Under the pieces are notes generated by a model that saw nothing but the letters and a program-made list of their open reading frames with translations, ran no database searches and had not been told where the DNA came from. A stretch of 60,267 nucleotides of DNA from Candidatus Dormiibacterota bacterium (GTDB taxonomy: Bacteria; Chloroflexota; Dormibacteria; Aeolococcales; Aeolococcaceae): the NCBI GenBank assembly GCA_003132525.1, contig PKXZ01000015.1, positions 50,204-110,470 of the forward strand. Direction: 5' to 3'. Below are positions 10,401 through 20,204 of the stretch, piece by piece. The translations under genes were made by a program, and so were the position numbers. The first letter of the stretch is position 1. Each line of letters begins with the position of its first letter.

Positions 10401-11342
10401 ATGAGCGCTCCAGGTCCTCGTGCGGCCTTCCACATAGCCCGAATGGCAGCGGCCGGGATCGCCCTGATCGCGCTGGTCAGCGCGTGCGGAGCGACCGGCA
10501 GCCAGGCGGCTCCAGGGACCATCGCGGTGGTGGCCGCAGAGAACCAGTACGGCAACGTGGCTGCGCAGATCGGCGGGAAGGACGTCTCGGTCACGTCGAT
10601 CGAAAGCAACCCGAACACCGATCCGCACACCTACGAAGTCAGCCCGAGCGTGGCCGAGGACGTCGGTGCGGCTCAGGTCGTCGTCCAGAACGGCCTGGGC
10701 TACGACGACTACATGACCAAGATCGAGTCGGCGTCGCCGAGTCAGACCCGCAAGGTGATCAACGTGCAGAACCTCCTCGCGCGCCCGGACAGCACCCCCA
10801 ATCCGCATCTGTGGTATGACCCGACGACGATGCCGAAGGTGGCCAACGCCCTGGCTGCCGATTACTCGGCACTGAAGCCGGCTGACGCCTCGTATTTCAC
10901 CGCGAACGCGACGCAGTTCATCGCGTCGCTCAACCCGTGGCTGCAGGCGATCGCCGATTTCAAGGCTGACAACACGCGGACGCCCGTGGCCACCACCGAA
11001 CCGGTCGCCGACTACATGCTCCAGGCCGCGGGTGCCGACAATCTGACGCCGTTTCGGTTTCAGGCGGACATCATGAATGGCGTCGACCCGTCACCTCAGG
11101 ACATCTCACTCCAGGACAATCTCTTCGCGCAGCACAAGGTCAAGGTGTTCGTCTACAACGAGCAGGTGACCGACACGCTGACGCAGACCTTCATCAGTGA
11201 CGCGCACTCCGCGCACATCCCGGTCATCGGCGTCTACGAGACCATGCCGACCCCTGGTTTCACGTACCAGTCGTGGATGCTCGCGGAGGTCAACGCGCTG
11301 CAGAAAGCCGTCGCAGACGGTGTCTCCACGCAGAGCCTGTAA
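10401..11342 (+). CDS. Metal (Zn/Mn/Fe) ABC transporter substrate-binding lipoprotein (ZnuA/TroA cluster-9 family)
   Basis: Signal peptide with lipobox LVSAC; motifs NPNTDPHTYE and NPHLWYDP. Confidence 0.8.
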   Translation: MSAPGPRAAFHIARMAAAGIALIALVSACGATGSQAAPGTIAVVAAENQYGNVAAQIGGKDVSVTSIESNPNTDPHTYEVSPSVAEDVGAAQVVVQNGLGYDDYMTKIESASPSQTRKVINVQNLLARPDSTPNPHLWYDPTTMPKVANALAADYSALKPADASYFTANATQFIASLNPWLQAIADFKADNTRTPVATTEPVADYMLQAAGADNLTPFRFQADIMNGVDPSPQDISLQDNLFAQHKVKVFVYNEQVTDTLTQTFISDAHSAHIPVIGVYETMPTPGFTYQSWMLAEVNALQKAVADGVSTQSL

Positions 11343-11344
11343 CC

Positions 11345-12175
11345 GTGCAGGGACGTGCCGTCGACGGCTCGGACGAGATTCTCGCGGTTGACGGTGTCAG
11401 CGTCACCCTTTCCGGTCGCGAGATTCTTCGCGACGTCACCTTTCATATCAACGCAGGCGAATTCACCGGCCTGATCGGCTCCAACGGCGCCGGTAAGACA
11501 ACGTTGATTCGCGTCATCCTCGGTCTCATCACACCAAGCTCCGGCACGGTGCGCGTCGAGAGTGGATCACGAGGCCACCCGCTCATCGGATACGTGCCCC
11601 AGAGGATCACGCTCGATCCCGACATGCCACTGCGCGCGCGTGACCTCGTCGGCCTCGGCATCGACGGGCAGCGATTCGGGCTTCCGTTGCCTTCGGCAAC
11701 GCGTCGCAAGCAGGTCGACGAAATGCTCGATGCCGTCGACGCCACGCGTTTTGCGGACTCGCGTGTCGGCAATCTTTCCGGTGGCGAGCAGCAGCGGATC
11801 CTCATCGCTCACGCGATCATCAGCCATCCGCGTTTGTTGCTCCTCGACGAGCCGCTCGCCAACCTCGACATCGGCAGCGAGCAGGAGGTGGTCGACCTCC
11901 TGGCGCGAATCGCGAGAGAGCAGCGGATCGCGGTGCTCATCTCGACACATGACATGAACCCGTTGCTGCCGGTGATGGACCGCATCGTGTATGTCGCGAA
12001 CGGACGGATCGCGACGGGGACGACCGCCGAGGTCGTCTCCAGCGAATCGCTCACGAAGCTCTACGGCGTCCACGTCGACGTCATCCACGTCCACAACCGC
12101 ATCCTCGTGGTGGCGGGACGGCGCGAGGAGGCGCTCCAGCACGGCGGCAGCGAGTCCATCGTCGAGCTCGTCTAG
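11345..12175 (+). CDS. Metal ABC transporter ATP-binding protein
   Basis: GSNGAGKTT (Walker A), LSGGEQQR and LLLLDEP. The start was moved to the in-frame GTG at 11345, just after the SBP stop. Confidence 0.8.
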   Translation: MQGRAVDGSDEILAVDGVSVTLSGREILRDVTFHINAGEFTGLIGSNGAGKTTLIRVILGLITPSSGTVRVESGSRGHPLIGYVPQRITLDPDMPLRARDLVGLGIDGQRFGLPLPSATRRKQVDEMLDAVDATRFADSRVGNLSGGEQQRILIAHAIISHPRLLLLDEPLANLDIGSEQEVVDLLARIAREQRIAVLISTHDMNPLLPVMDRIVYVANGRIATGTTAEVVSSESLTKLYGVHVDVIHVHNRILVVAGRREEALQHGGSESIVELV

Positions 12176-12177
12176 CG

Positions 12178-13077
12178 ATGGCCGCCTCTCTCTCGCCGCT
12201 CATCGAGCCGGGCTTCTTCTCCAACCTTCCGGTGCAGACGGCGCTGGTGGTTGGTGGCGTTGTTGCGGTGGTCTCCGGGATTGTCGGCACCTTCACGGTG
12301 ATGCGCGGTCAATCCTTCGCCGGCCACTCGCTGGCCGACATCGGCACCGCAGGTGGATCGGCGGCTTTCCTGGTGGGCATCAGCCCGCTGTTCGGATTCG
12401 TCGCCATGAATCTGATGGCCGCGGGAGTGATGGAGTGGATCGGGATCCGCCGCCCCCGCGGGCGTGACCTCGCAACCGGAATCGTGCTCGGCGCGGCGCT
12501 CGGCCTCGCGGCACTGTTCCTCTACCTGGACTCGACCGCATCGAGCACCACCGGCGCGACCATCAACGTCCTCTTCGGATCGATCTTCACGCTGCCATCG
12601 TCGATGGTGCCCGTCATCGCGGTCTTCAGCGTCGTCGCCGCGGGCATCGTGCTTGCGATGTACAGGCCGCTCATCCTCAGCTCGATCAGCTCCGACCTCG
12701 CCACGGCTCAGGGCATCCCCGTGCGCCTGGTCGGCATCGGCTACCTCGCCGCGCTCGCGGTGGCGGTGTCGCTCTCCGCGGTGACCATCGGTGCGATCCT
12801 TTCCACGGCACTGCTCGTCGGACCGGCGGCCACCGCACTCCGGCTCACCAACCGGCCGGGGCGCGCGGCAGCGTTCGCCGCGGTCATCGGCCTCGTCGCG
12901 ACCTGGCTCGGCGTGCTCCTCGCGTACGACAGCTACTACTGGTTTCCGACAACCGGCGGATGGCCGGTCAGCTTCTTCGTCGTGACCCTGATCTTCCTGA
13001 TGTATCTCGCTTCCCAGGTTCGCTTTCGACCACGCTCGGGTGTGCAGCGTCGCTCGACCCTGACGGAGGCCGGCTGA
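12178..13077 (+). CDS. Metal ABC transporter permease (ABC-3 family)
   Basis: Polytopic membrane protein following the ATPase gene. Confidence 0.75.
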   Translation: MAASLSPLIEPGFFSNLPVQTALVVGGVVAVVSGIVGTFTVMRGQSFAGHSLADIGTAGGSAAFLVGISPLFGFVAMNLMAAGVMEWIGIRRPRGRDLATGIVLGAALGLAALFLYLDSTASSTTGATINVLFGSIFTLPSSMVPVIAVFSVVAAGIVLAMYRPLILSSISSDLATAQGIPVRLVGIGYLAALAVAVSLSAVTIGAILSTALLVGPAATALRLTNRPGRAAAFAAVIGLVATWLGVLLAYDSYYWFPTTGGWPVSFFVVTLIFLMYLASQVRFRPRSGVQRRSTLTEAG

Positions 13078-13922
13078 TGTTCTCGGGCCTCATGCTCACC
13101 GCCTGGGAATCGGCGTCGATCGTCGCCGTCGTCGCGGGCGTGGTCGGGTTCTTCATCGGGCTGCGCGGATCCGCATTCGCCGCGCACGCGCTGCCCAACG
13201 GCGCCTTCGCCGGGGCCGCGGGCGCAAGCCTCATCGGCGTCGACGCGATCGCCGGACTTGCGGTCTTCTCAATCCTCGGCGCGCTGACCATCGCCGCCCT
13301 CGGCAGGCGGGCGCGCCACGATGTCGCGACTGCGCTTGTGATCGTGGTGATGCTCGGCCTGGGATCGCTGTTCCTGTCGATGACCACCGAATATGCGCCG
13401 GAGATCTTTTCGCTGCTCTTCGGAGAGGTGCTCGGTGTGAGCAGCAGTGAGCTCATCCCCATCGCGATCATCGGCGTGGTCTGCATCGCCGCCATGTTCC
13501 TTGTGTACCGGCCCCTGATGCTGTCGTCGGTGATGCCCGATGTCGCCGAGGCCCGTGGCGTGGGCAGCACCCGCATGGAGGTGATCTTCCTGGTGATCGT
13601 CGCGCTGACCACCACCATGGCGGTGCCTGTCGTCGGCGCACTGCTCATCTTCAGCCTGCTCATCAGCCCCGCGGCCGCCGCCCGTTCGTTCACCAACCGC
13701 CCGTTCACCGCCATGGGCCTGTCGGTGCTGATCGCGCTCGGGACGGTGTGGTCGGCGATCGCGCTGGCGTACCTCTCCAACCTTCCGATCGGCTTCTTCG
13801 TCGGGTCGATCGGCGCGGGGACGTACGCCGCGGGCCGCTTGTGGGCGGGGTGGAAGCGGAATCGCGCTTCGACGCCACGCGTCGCCGGGGGACGATCGCG
13901 CGCCCAGGTTCAGATTTCCTAG
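13077..13922 (+). CDS. Metal ABC transporter permease (second ABC-3 subunit)
   Basis: In-frame ATG at 13077 overlaps the previous stop (TGATG); the product is a paralogous polytopic protein. Confidence 0.75.
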   Translation: MFSGLMLTAWESASIVAVVAGVVGFFIGLRGSAFAAHALPNGAFAGAAGASLIGVDAIAGLAVFSILGALTIAALGRRARHDVATALVIVVMLGLGSLFLSMTTEYAPEIFSLLFGEVLGVSSSELIPIAIIGVVCIAAMFLVYRPLMLSSVMPDVAEARGVGSTRMEVIFLVIVALTTTMAVPVVGALLIFSLLISPAAAARSFTNRPFTAMGLSVLIALGTVWSAIALAYLSNLPIGFFVGSIGAGTYAAGRLWAGWKRNRASTPRVAGGRSRAQVQIS

Positions 13923-13924
13923 GC

Positions 13925-13992
13925 GGGCGGAGAGGACCCCGGCTCCGGCTTCAAACCGGACTATTCAGCCTCCGCCGGGGTCCCCTCCGCCC
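13925..13992 (+). terminator. Long imperfect hairpin after the importer operon (18-bp stem, 17/18 paired, 32-nt loop holding a small inner hairpin)
   Basis: The arm gggcggagaggaccccgg (13925..13942) pairs with ccggggtcccctccgccc (13975..13992). Inner hairpin is tccgg-N7-ccgga. There is no U-tract. Confidence 0.4.
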
Positions 13993-14099
13993 TCGGCCAC
14001 TGCACCCTCACAACGCTCCCCGGCCACTGCACCGTCGCCGCGCGCTTCGGCCGCTGCCCCCTCACCGCGCGCCTCGGCCGATGGCACCCTCGCGGTGCG
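13991..14099. repeat. Degenerate 27/28-bp tandem repeat, 4 units plus a partial fifth
   Basis: Units start at 13991, 14018, 14045 and 14072. The consensus is roughly cYtcggccRctgcaccctcRcSgcgcg, and adjacent units match at about 21/27 positions. Confidence 0.6.
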
Positions 14100-14120
14100 C
14101 CTCGCGGGTAAGATCGGCCG

Positions 14121-15401
14121 ATGCTTCAGCGCTTCCGCGCCAAGCGTCCTGGACCCTTCCGGCTGATCGGGGTCCTGATCCTCGCGGCGCTGGGGGCCGC
14201 CTGCGCGAGCGTCGCTGCTGCCGGACCGGTCCCGTTCCGGGTCGGGGCGATCTTCCCGCTGTCGGGGAGCACGGCGCCCGACTCCACGGACGAGTATCTC
14301 GGCGCATCGCTCGCGGCGCAGTTGCAGAATGCCGACGGGGGCATCGCGGGCCACCCGATCTCGCTCGATCTTCGTGACGTCGAGGATCAGGCGCAGATCC
14401 CCGCGGCGGTATCGAGCCTTCAGGCCGACGGAGTTCCTGTCGTGATTGGCGCATACTCGTCGCAGCTTTCGATTCCTGCGGCGGCGGCTGTCTCGGCGGC
14501 GGGCATGGTGTACTGGGAGACCGGCGCGGTCGCTGACCGGGTGACCGGGGAGGGGTCGCCGCTCGTGTTCCGTGTCGGCGTCAACGGAGCCGAGCTCGGT
14601 GCCAATGCAGGCAAGTTCATGCTTGACGAGCTGGTGCCGCACATGGGCATTCCTGTCGGCGGGATTCGTGTGTATTTCGTCACCGCTGACGACGACTACG
14701 GCACGTCTGTCGCGGATGCGACGCGCACCGCGCTCGAGGCCGGCGGCATGCACATCAGCGGCGAGTCGCTCTACAACCCGTACACGCCCGACTGGACGCC
14801 GGTCATGAGCGCGATCAAGGCGGAGAAGCCCGACATCCTCGTGCTCTCATCGCACATCCAGGATGGCATCGCGTTCCGCCGGGCGTTCCTCGCGGCCGGC
14901 CTCCAGGTCAAGGTGTTCATGGGCACGACGATGGCGCAGTGCGACCAGGACTTCGGCAACGTGCTCGGGGCTGCGGCGGTCGGAGTCTTCGCGTCGGATC
15001 GGCCCCAGGGCGACTTCAACCCCGGTGCACTCGATCCCCAGGCGCGGGCGCTGTACGACCGCTTCGCCGCCCTCTGGAAGCAGCGTACCGGCGAGTCCGC
15101 ACCCAGCGAGGAGGGGATCGCCGGGTTCACCGCGGCGTGGGTGCTTTTTGACGATGTGCTCAACCGGGCAGGAGATGACAGCGCTCAAAGCATCGCCGCT
15201 GCCGCTCGCTCGCTCGATCTCCCAGACGGCAGCCTCCCCAACGGGGGCGGCGTGCTGTTCTCGACCGCACCCGGCCAGCTCGGGCAAAACGTCAGGGCTG
15301 CCGCGGTCGTCTGGCAGTGGCAGGCACCGCGGCACAGCGTCGTGGTCTGGCCACCGGTGTATGCCACCGGGCAGGTCAAGCTCGGGGCTTCCGCGTCGTG
15401 A
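14121..15401 (+). CDS. ABC transporter substrate-binding protein, LivJ/branched-chain amino acid family. Orphan: no cognate permease or ATPase is adjacent.
   Basis: Signal peptide with a candidate lipobox LGAAC and a periplasmic-binding-protein type I-like sequence (VIGAYSS, GMVYWETG). Confidence 0.7.
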   Translation: MLQRFRAKRPGPFRLIGVLILAALGAACASVAAAGPVPFRVGAIFPLSGSTAPDSTDEYLGASLAAQLQNADGGIAGHPISLDLRDVEDQAQIPAAVSSLQADGVPVVIGAYSSQLSIPAAAAVSAAGMVYWETGAVADRVTGEGSPLVFRVGVNGAELGANAGKFMLDELVPHMGIPVGGIRVYFVTADDDYGTSVADATRTALEAGGMHISGESLYNPYTPDWTPVMSAIKAEKPDILVLSSHIQDGIAFRRAFLAAGLQVKVFMGTTMAQCDQDFGNVLGAAAVGVFASDRPQGDFNPGALDPQARALYDRFAALWKQRTGESAPSEEGIAGFTAAWVLFDDVLNRAGDDSAQSIAAAARSLDLPDGSLPNGGGVLFSTAPGQLGQNVRAAAVVWQWQAPRHSVVVWPPVYATGQVKLGASAS

Positions 15402-15434
15402 TTGGCTGAGGCTCTATCGAGGCATACTCGGACC

Positions 15435-15914
15435 ATGGAAACAGCGACATTCGGCGCAGGGTGCTTCTGGGGCGTGGAATCGGTATTCGAACAGGTCGAC
15501 GGGGTCACCGCGACCAAGGTCGGCTACACGGGCGGCTTCACACAGGCGCCCTCATATGAGGACGTGTGCTCGCATCGCACCGGCCACGCCGAGGCGGTCG
15601 AAGTGACGTACGACCCTGCTCGCGTGAGCTACGACACGTTGCTCGACATCTTCTGGATGAACCACGACCCGACGCAGCTCAACCGCCAGGGTCCGGACAT
15701 CGGCGACAACTACCGGTCGGTCGTCTTCTATCACTCGCCCGAGCAGGAGGCTGCGGCGATCGCGTCGAAGAAGCGGCTCGAGGAGTCGGGTCGCTACAAG
15801 CGTCCGATCGTGACCGAGATCGTTCCCGCCACAACGTTCTGGGACGCCGAGCAGTACCACCAGAAGTACTTCAGCCGGCGCGGCATCGCGGCCACCTGCA
15901 ACATCCCGGCTTAG
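15435..15914 (+). CDS. msrA: Peptide-methionine (S)-S-oxide reductase
   Basis: Active-site motif [10 protein letters not shown]; also GYTGG and [14 protein letters not shown]. Confidence 0.9.
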   Translation: METATFGAGCFWGVESVFEQVDGVTATKVGYTGGFTQAPSYEDVCSHRTGHAEAVEVTYDPARVSYDTLLDIFWMNHDPTQLNRQGPDIGDNYRSVVFYHSPEQEAAAIASKKRLEESGRYKRPIVTEIVPATTFWDAEQYHQKYFSRRGIAATCNIPA

Positions 15915-17956
15915 TCGTCGGCTCCGACGCGGAGGACGGCGATCACGGCGTCACCGTAGCGCTCGAGCTTGGCCGGACCAACTCCCGGGATGGTCGCGAG
16001 CGCGCCAGTTGTTGCGGGGCGGCGATGCGCGATCTCGGCAAGCGTGCGGTCATGGAACACCACGTACGGCGGCAACTCGGCGCTCCTCGCGACCTCCAGC
16101 CGCCACTTCCTCAGCGCTTCGAACCTCGCCGTCACCTCCGGCGTCATCTCGAGCGTCGATGCGACACCGCTCGCCGGCTTTCGACTCCCGCCAGGCCGCG
16201 CGGGCGGCACGGCGCGCACGTCGACCTCGAGTGACTCCTCACCGCGAAGCACGGCAGTGCCGCGCGGTGTGATCCCGAGCGTCGGCTTCTCGCCATGGCC
16301 GCGGCTGATGCATCCCAGCTCCACAAGGCGTTCCAGCAGCTCGCGAATCGCCTGGAGCTCCCAGGTGCGCAGTGCGCCGAACCACTGCAGCTCGGTGACC
16401 CATGAACGCGAGGATGTCCACGCATCAACGGAGCCACGCAGAATGGAGGCGATCCTGACGCCACCAAGATGGCCGTCGAATCGCGCCACGCAGGCGAGCG
16501 CGGCGTTCACGTGCGCGGTGTCGACGGGCGCGTAGATCGCGCTGTTGCTGTCCAGGCAGTTGTCGCACGCCATGCAGGTCCGAGCCACGCCCTGTTCACC
16601 GAAGTAGTCGGCGATGCGCGCGTGCCGGCAACCACGCGAGCCCGCGTATTCCATGACTTGGTTCACGCGTGCATAGGCGTTCGCCTTGAGCAGCGATTGC
16701 TCGTCGAAATCAACGGGTGCCCCCGTGAGTCGCCGGATGGTGCCGTCGGGCTGGATGACCTCGGCTCTGCGAAGCAACTCGAGCGCCGCGCGCGCGCCGT
16801 TGACCGGGACGCCGCGAGCCTGCCAGTCGCCGATCGAGTCGCTGCCTTCGCGAAGCAATTCGCGATATACGGAGCGGACGACGTCGCGCTCGGGATACGC
16901 CTGCTCGATGAAGAATTCCTGGAGCTGGCGGTCGGCCGGGCTGTACAGGAGGATGCACTCCGACGGCTCGCCATCGCGTCCGGCCCGGCCGGCCTGCTGG
17001 TAGTACTCCTCGAGGCTTCCGGGGAAGTCGTGGTGGATGACTCTGCGGATGTCGGGGAAGTCCACCCCCATGCCGAACGCAGAGGTGGCGACGATCGCCT
17101 GAAGGCGGCCCGCCGAAAACCCCTCGTGCACGTCCTGCCGGGTGTCGCCGTCCACGGCGCCGTGGTACGCGGCGACCGCGACGCCGGCGCCGGCAAGCAA
17201 TTCGGTCACCTCGTCGGTCGTCCGCCGGCTGCCGCAGTACACGAGCGCGCGCCCCTTGTCGGGGCGGACAAGGCCGAGCAGGGCTTCGCGTTTGTCGGCG
17301 ACGCCGCGACAGCGGACGACGGACATGGTGAGGTTCTCGCGCACGAATCCCGTGACCCGCTCGACGGGTTCCTTGAGTCCGAGGCTCGCCGCAATGTCGG
17401 CGCGCACGCGCGGTGTGGCGGTTGCGGTGAACGCCGCGACCGGCGGCCGGCCGCACGCGGTGATTGCGTCGCCAAGGCGTCGATAGTCGGGACGAAAGTC
17501 GTGCCCCCAGCTCGAGATGCAGTGCGCCTCGTCGACGACGAAGTTCTCGACGGTGAGCCTGCTGAGGTTGTCGAGGAAGCCGGTGGCGCCGAGGCGTTCC
17601 GGAGCGAGATAGAGGAATCGCAGCTCCCCGGCGGCGGCCGCTCGGAACGACTCGGCGCGGGTGGCTGCCGAGACCTGACTGTGCAGGCATGCCGCGGGAA
17701 CACCGAGCGAGTTGAGCCGCGCGACCTGGTCGACCATGAGCGCGATGAGCGGCGACACGACGAGGGTCAGCCCCCCACCGGCGATCCCGGGAACCCAGTA
17801 GGCGATGCTCTTGCCGGAGCCGGTCGGCGCCACGAAGAGGACGTCCGCGTGCGCCTCCGAAGCCCCCACGACGTCGGCCTGTCCCGGCCGGAAGTCCGCG
17901 AATCCGAAGGTCTGCTCGAGGACCGCGCGAGCCCGAGGCGAGGGCTCGAGCATCAT
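15911..17956 (-). CDS. recQ: ATP-dependent DNA helicase RecQ
   Basis: [25 protein letters not shown], a Zn-binding Cys cluster (CRH...CMACDNC) and a C-terminal HRDC domain ([15 protein letters not shown]). Confidence 0.9.
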   Translation of the reverse strand: MMLEPSPRARAVLEQTFGFADFRPGQADVVGASEAHADVLFVAPTGSGKSIAYWVPGIAGGGLTLVVSPLIALMVDQVARLNSLGVPAACLHSQVSAATRAESFRAAAAGELRFLYLAPERLGATGFLDNLSRLTVENFVVDEAHCISSWGHDFRPDYRRLGDAITACGRPPVAAFTATATPRVRADIAASLGLKEPVERVTGFVRENLTMSVVRCRGVADKREALLGLVRPDKGRALVYCGSRRTTDEVTELLAGAGVAVAAYHGAVDGDTRQDVHEGFSAGRLQAIVATSAFGMGVDFPDIRRVIHHDFPGSLEEYYQQAGRAGRDGEPSECILLYSPADRQLQEFFIEQAYPERDVVRSVYRELLREGSDSIGDWQARGVPVNGARAALELLRRAEVIQPDGTIRRLTGAPVDFDEQSLLKANAYARVNQVMEYAGSRGCRHARIADYFGEQGVARTCMACDNCLDSNSAIYAPVDTAHVNAALACVARFDGHLGGVRIASILRGSVDAWTSSRSWVTELQWFGALRTWELQAIRELLERLVELGCISRGHGEKPTLGITPRGTAVLRGEESLEVDVRAVPPARPGGSRKPASGVASTLEMTPEVTARFEALRKWRLEVARSAELPPYVVFHDRTLAEIAHRRPATTGALATIPGVGPAKLERYGDAVIAVLRVGADD

Positions 17957-18366
17957 CAGCTCGCTGACTTCTCCAACTTCAGCGCGCAGGAGTTCATGCA
18001 GTATCGCTGGCCAGTGGGCTGCGGTCCGTCCGGAAAGACGTGGCCGAGGTGTCCGCCGCAGTTCGCGCAGCGAACCTCCGTGCGCGGGATCCCCATGCTC
18101 CAGTCGCGGTGCTCCACGACAGCGGCGTTGTTGGCCGGAGCGTAGAAGCTCGGCCAGCCGGTGCCGGAGTCGAATTTCGTGTCCGAGGTGAACAGCTCGG
18201 CGCCGCAGCCGGCGCAGGTGTACACGCCCTTGTCATTCACGTGCACGTACTGGCCTGTGAACGGACGCTCGGTGCTCGCCTTGCGAAGCACCTTGTACTG
18301 CTCAGGCGTCAAGCGCTGACGCCACTCTTCGTCGGTGAGGGTGACTTTCGTATCCATGCTCTTCAC
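17956..18366 (-). CDS. msrB: Peptide-methionine (R)-S-oxide reductase
   Basis: CAGCGAELF and [13 protein letters not shown] (Zn and catalytic Cys motifs). Its stop overlaps the recQ start by 1 nt. Confidence 0.9.
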   Translation of the reverse strand: MKSMDTKVTLTDEEWRQRLTPEQYKVLRKASTERPFTGQYVHVNDKGVYTCAGCGAELFTSDTKFDSGTGWPSFYAPANNAAVVEHRDWSMGIPRTEVRCANCGGHLGHVFPDGPQPTGQRYCMNSCALKLEKSAS

Positions 18367-19361
18367 GTTTTACCCCGTTTGGGTGGACTCGACGCATACA
18401 GTGCCGCAGCAGCCGCGTGGCTCTCCGCGATGTGGCGGCGCAACGACTCCGGTTCGAGCACCTCGACGTTGGGGCCCCAGCGCATCAGCCAGGGGCGCAT
18501 CTCGACCTCGCCGGCAACGTCGAGGCGCACCTCGATGCCGCCGCCGGGGAGGTCGGTTCGCCGAGCATGCGCCGGCCAGGGGCTCTCATCGACCCACTGG
18601 CGCGCCTCGGGGGTGAAGCGCAGCACCACCCGATCGGCACCCGCGCCCTGCCAGATGGCCCAGGAGGCGCCGAGCACCGTGTCGATATCGAAGTCGTCGG
18701 GAATGGCGAAGCTCGACGGCAGCAGCCGCGCCGAGCGGATCCGGTCCAACCGGAACGATCGAACGTCGCCCGACACCGAGTCCCGCGCGATGACGTAGAT
18801 GTGCCGTCCTTCGGCCGTGGGCTGGATGAAATAGGGGCGGAGGTCCCGGCGTGTCTCGTTGCCCTTGGCGTCGACGTAGCGAACCTCGATCTCGCGATGC
18901 GCGACGAACCCATCAATGACGCTGCGTTCGACCTTGAGGCGCTCGGAGTCGACAGGTCGCCGCTCGGCTGCAGCCAGGGTGCTGCGCAGGTACTCGCTCA
19001 CCACCGGCACGCTCAGTGCCCGCGACAGATGGGCGAGGGCGCCGACCAGCGCCGGGTCCTGCTCGGGGCGCACCTGCTGGAGCAGGCGCACAGCGACCAG
19101 GAGCAGCGTGGCCTGGTAGTGATCGAGCTGCAGCGGAGGAAGCAGGCTGCCTTTGCCGATCCGCCACCGGCCGCCGATCTCCTCGATGTCGATGCCCGCG
19201 TTGTCGCGCAGGGTCGCCACGTAGCGCTGCACGGTCCGCGCGTTCACCTCGAGCTCCTCCGCGAGCTGGCGCGTGGTCAGGCCGACCTCCGTCTCGCACA
19301 GGCGCGCGAAGAGCTTGATGACCCGAAGCTCCTTCTCTCCCTTCTCGTAGACGCCTGGCAC
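18363..19361 (-). CDS. HTH-WYL-WCX transcriptional regulator (YafY/PafBC-like)
   Basis: N-terminal wHTH ([24 protein letters not shown]) and WYL-domain core [22 protein letters not shown], followed by a C-terminal extension. Confidence 0.8.
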   Translation of the reverse strand: MPGVYEKGEKELRVIKLFARLCETEVGLTTRQLAEELEVNARTVQRYVATLRDNAGIDIEEIGGRWRIGKGSLLPPLQLDHYQATLLLVAVRLLQQVRPEQDPALVGALAHLSRALSVPVVSEYLRSTLAAAERRPVDSERLKVERSVIDGFVAHREIEVRYVDAKGNETRRDLRPYFIQPTAEGRHIYVIARDSVSGDVRSFRLDRIRSARLLPSSFAIPDDFDIDTVLGASWAIWQGAGADRVVLRFTPEARQWVDESPWPAHARRTDLPGGGIEVRLDVAGEVEMRPWLMRWGPNVEVLEPESLRRHIAESHAAAAALYASSPPKRGKT

Positions 19362-19371
19362 GCGACCGAGC

Positions 19372-19923
19372 CTAGCGTGTCGCCGGGGTTTCCGAGTCGA
19401 GATCGAGCTTGTAGCCGAGGAGCAGCGGACCGCCTGGTCGCTGCTGTGGTCCGGTCGACTCGAATCCGAGCTCCCTGTAGAGCTGCTGTGCGGCGGTCAT
19501 CTCCCGCCCTGTGTCCAGCGTCATGAACCTCTTGCCGTGCCGGCGCGCCATATCGATGGACGCGCCCATCAGGCGTCGGGCAATGCCGCGTCCACGATGG
19601 TCCGGGCTGACGCCGAGCATGCGGATATGCGCCTCGTCAGGCGCGAGCGGCTCAGCCGGCCCGGGACTGATCCGCTCTTCGAGCTCGAGCGTGACCGAGC
19701 CGGCGATGGTACCCCGGTCCACTGCGACGAGCACGACCGCCCGCTCGGCCCGGCTGGCGATGTCGGCGATCCTGGCCAGATAGGCCTCCCAGCCGGGTGC
19801 GTCGGGGGTCCAGTACTCGCGATATGCGCTCGCAGTGGCGTCCCCGACGGCCGCGTATTCAGTGTCGAGCAGTGGCCGGATCTCGATTTCGTCTCCCACG
19901 ACGAAACCGTACGCGACAGACAC
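19372..19923 (-). CDS. GNAT family N-acetyltransferase
   Basis: Acetyl-CoA binding motif HRGRGIARRLM; GTG start; 10 nt upstream of the WYL gene. Confidence 0.75.
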   Translation of the reverse strand: MSVAYGFVVGDEIEIRPLLDTEYAAVGDATASAYREYWTPDAPGWEAYLARIADIASRAERAVVLVAVDRGTIAGSVTLELEERISPGPAEPLAPDEAHIRMLGVSPDHRGRGIARRLMGASIDMARRHGKRFMTLDTGREMTAAQQLYRELGFESTGPQQRPGGPLLLGYKLDLDSETPATR

Positions 19924-19952
19924 CTGTCGCCGGCCCGGCGCATGGTGACGCC

Positions 19953-20204
19953 ATGGACATGCAGAACCCCGGTGCCGTCGACGCCGGTGCAGTCGTCGAC
20001 GACACCTACGTGCTGCGCGCGCAGGCCTTGCTCGCCACCCGCGCAGAGCTGTTCATTCCCGCTCAGGCCCGTTCGGTACGGCTCGCCGGCGCTGGCGGCC
20101 CGCCCCAGGACCGAACGGGCTCGGAGTTCCGCCCGAGAGGGCGGCAGCTCACCCTGCCGCTTCCGCGCGCACGCGGCCGCCGGCGAGCCAGGATGGTGGG
20201 CTGA
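19953..20204 (+). CDS. Hypothetical small protein (83 aa), speculative
   Basis: In-frame ATG within track ORF 19797..20204. Hand-counted GC3 is 69/83 (83%). Its stop overlaps the downstream ATG (TGATG). The Arg-rich C-terminal half argues against it being real. Confidence 0.25.
   Translation: MDMQNPGAVDAGAVVDDTYVLRAQALLATRAELFIPAQARSVRLAGAGGPPQDRTGSEFRPRGRQLTLPLPRARGRRRARMVG
20067..20120. promoter_or_regulatory. Perfect 11-bp inverted repeat in the divergent control region
   Basis: gcccgttcggt (20067..20077) and accgaacgggc (20110..20120), 32-nt spacer. A second hairpin ccgccc-gaga-gggcgg lies just downstream. Confidence 0.35.

Noticed and set aside
13991-14099. Possible CRISPR array
   Set aside because: The 27-bp units are contiguous and degenerate with no unique spacers, there are only about 4.5 units, and no cas genes are present. 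I treated it as a tandem repeat.
16469-18145. 558-aa plus-strand ORF over recQ/msrB
   Set aside because: It is antisense to a complete RecQ that has every helicase motif. Its composition is low-complexity (R/A/G/V/D-rich).
19924-19950. PafBC-type RecA-NDp promoter motif (TGTCGGTG-N8-TAnnnT) next to the WYL operon, suggested by tgtcgccggcccggcgcatggt
   Set aside because: Only the TGTCG core matches. There is no TAnnnT at the required spacing.
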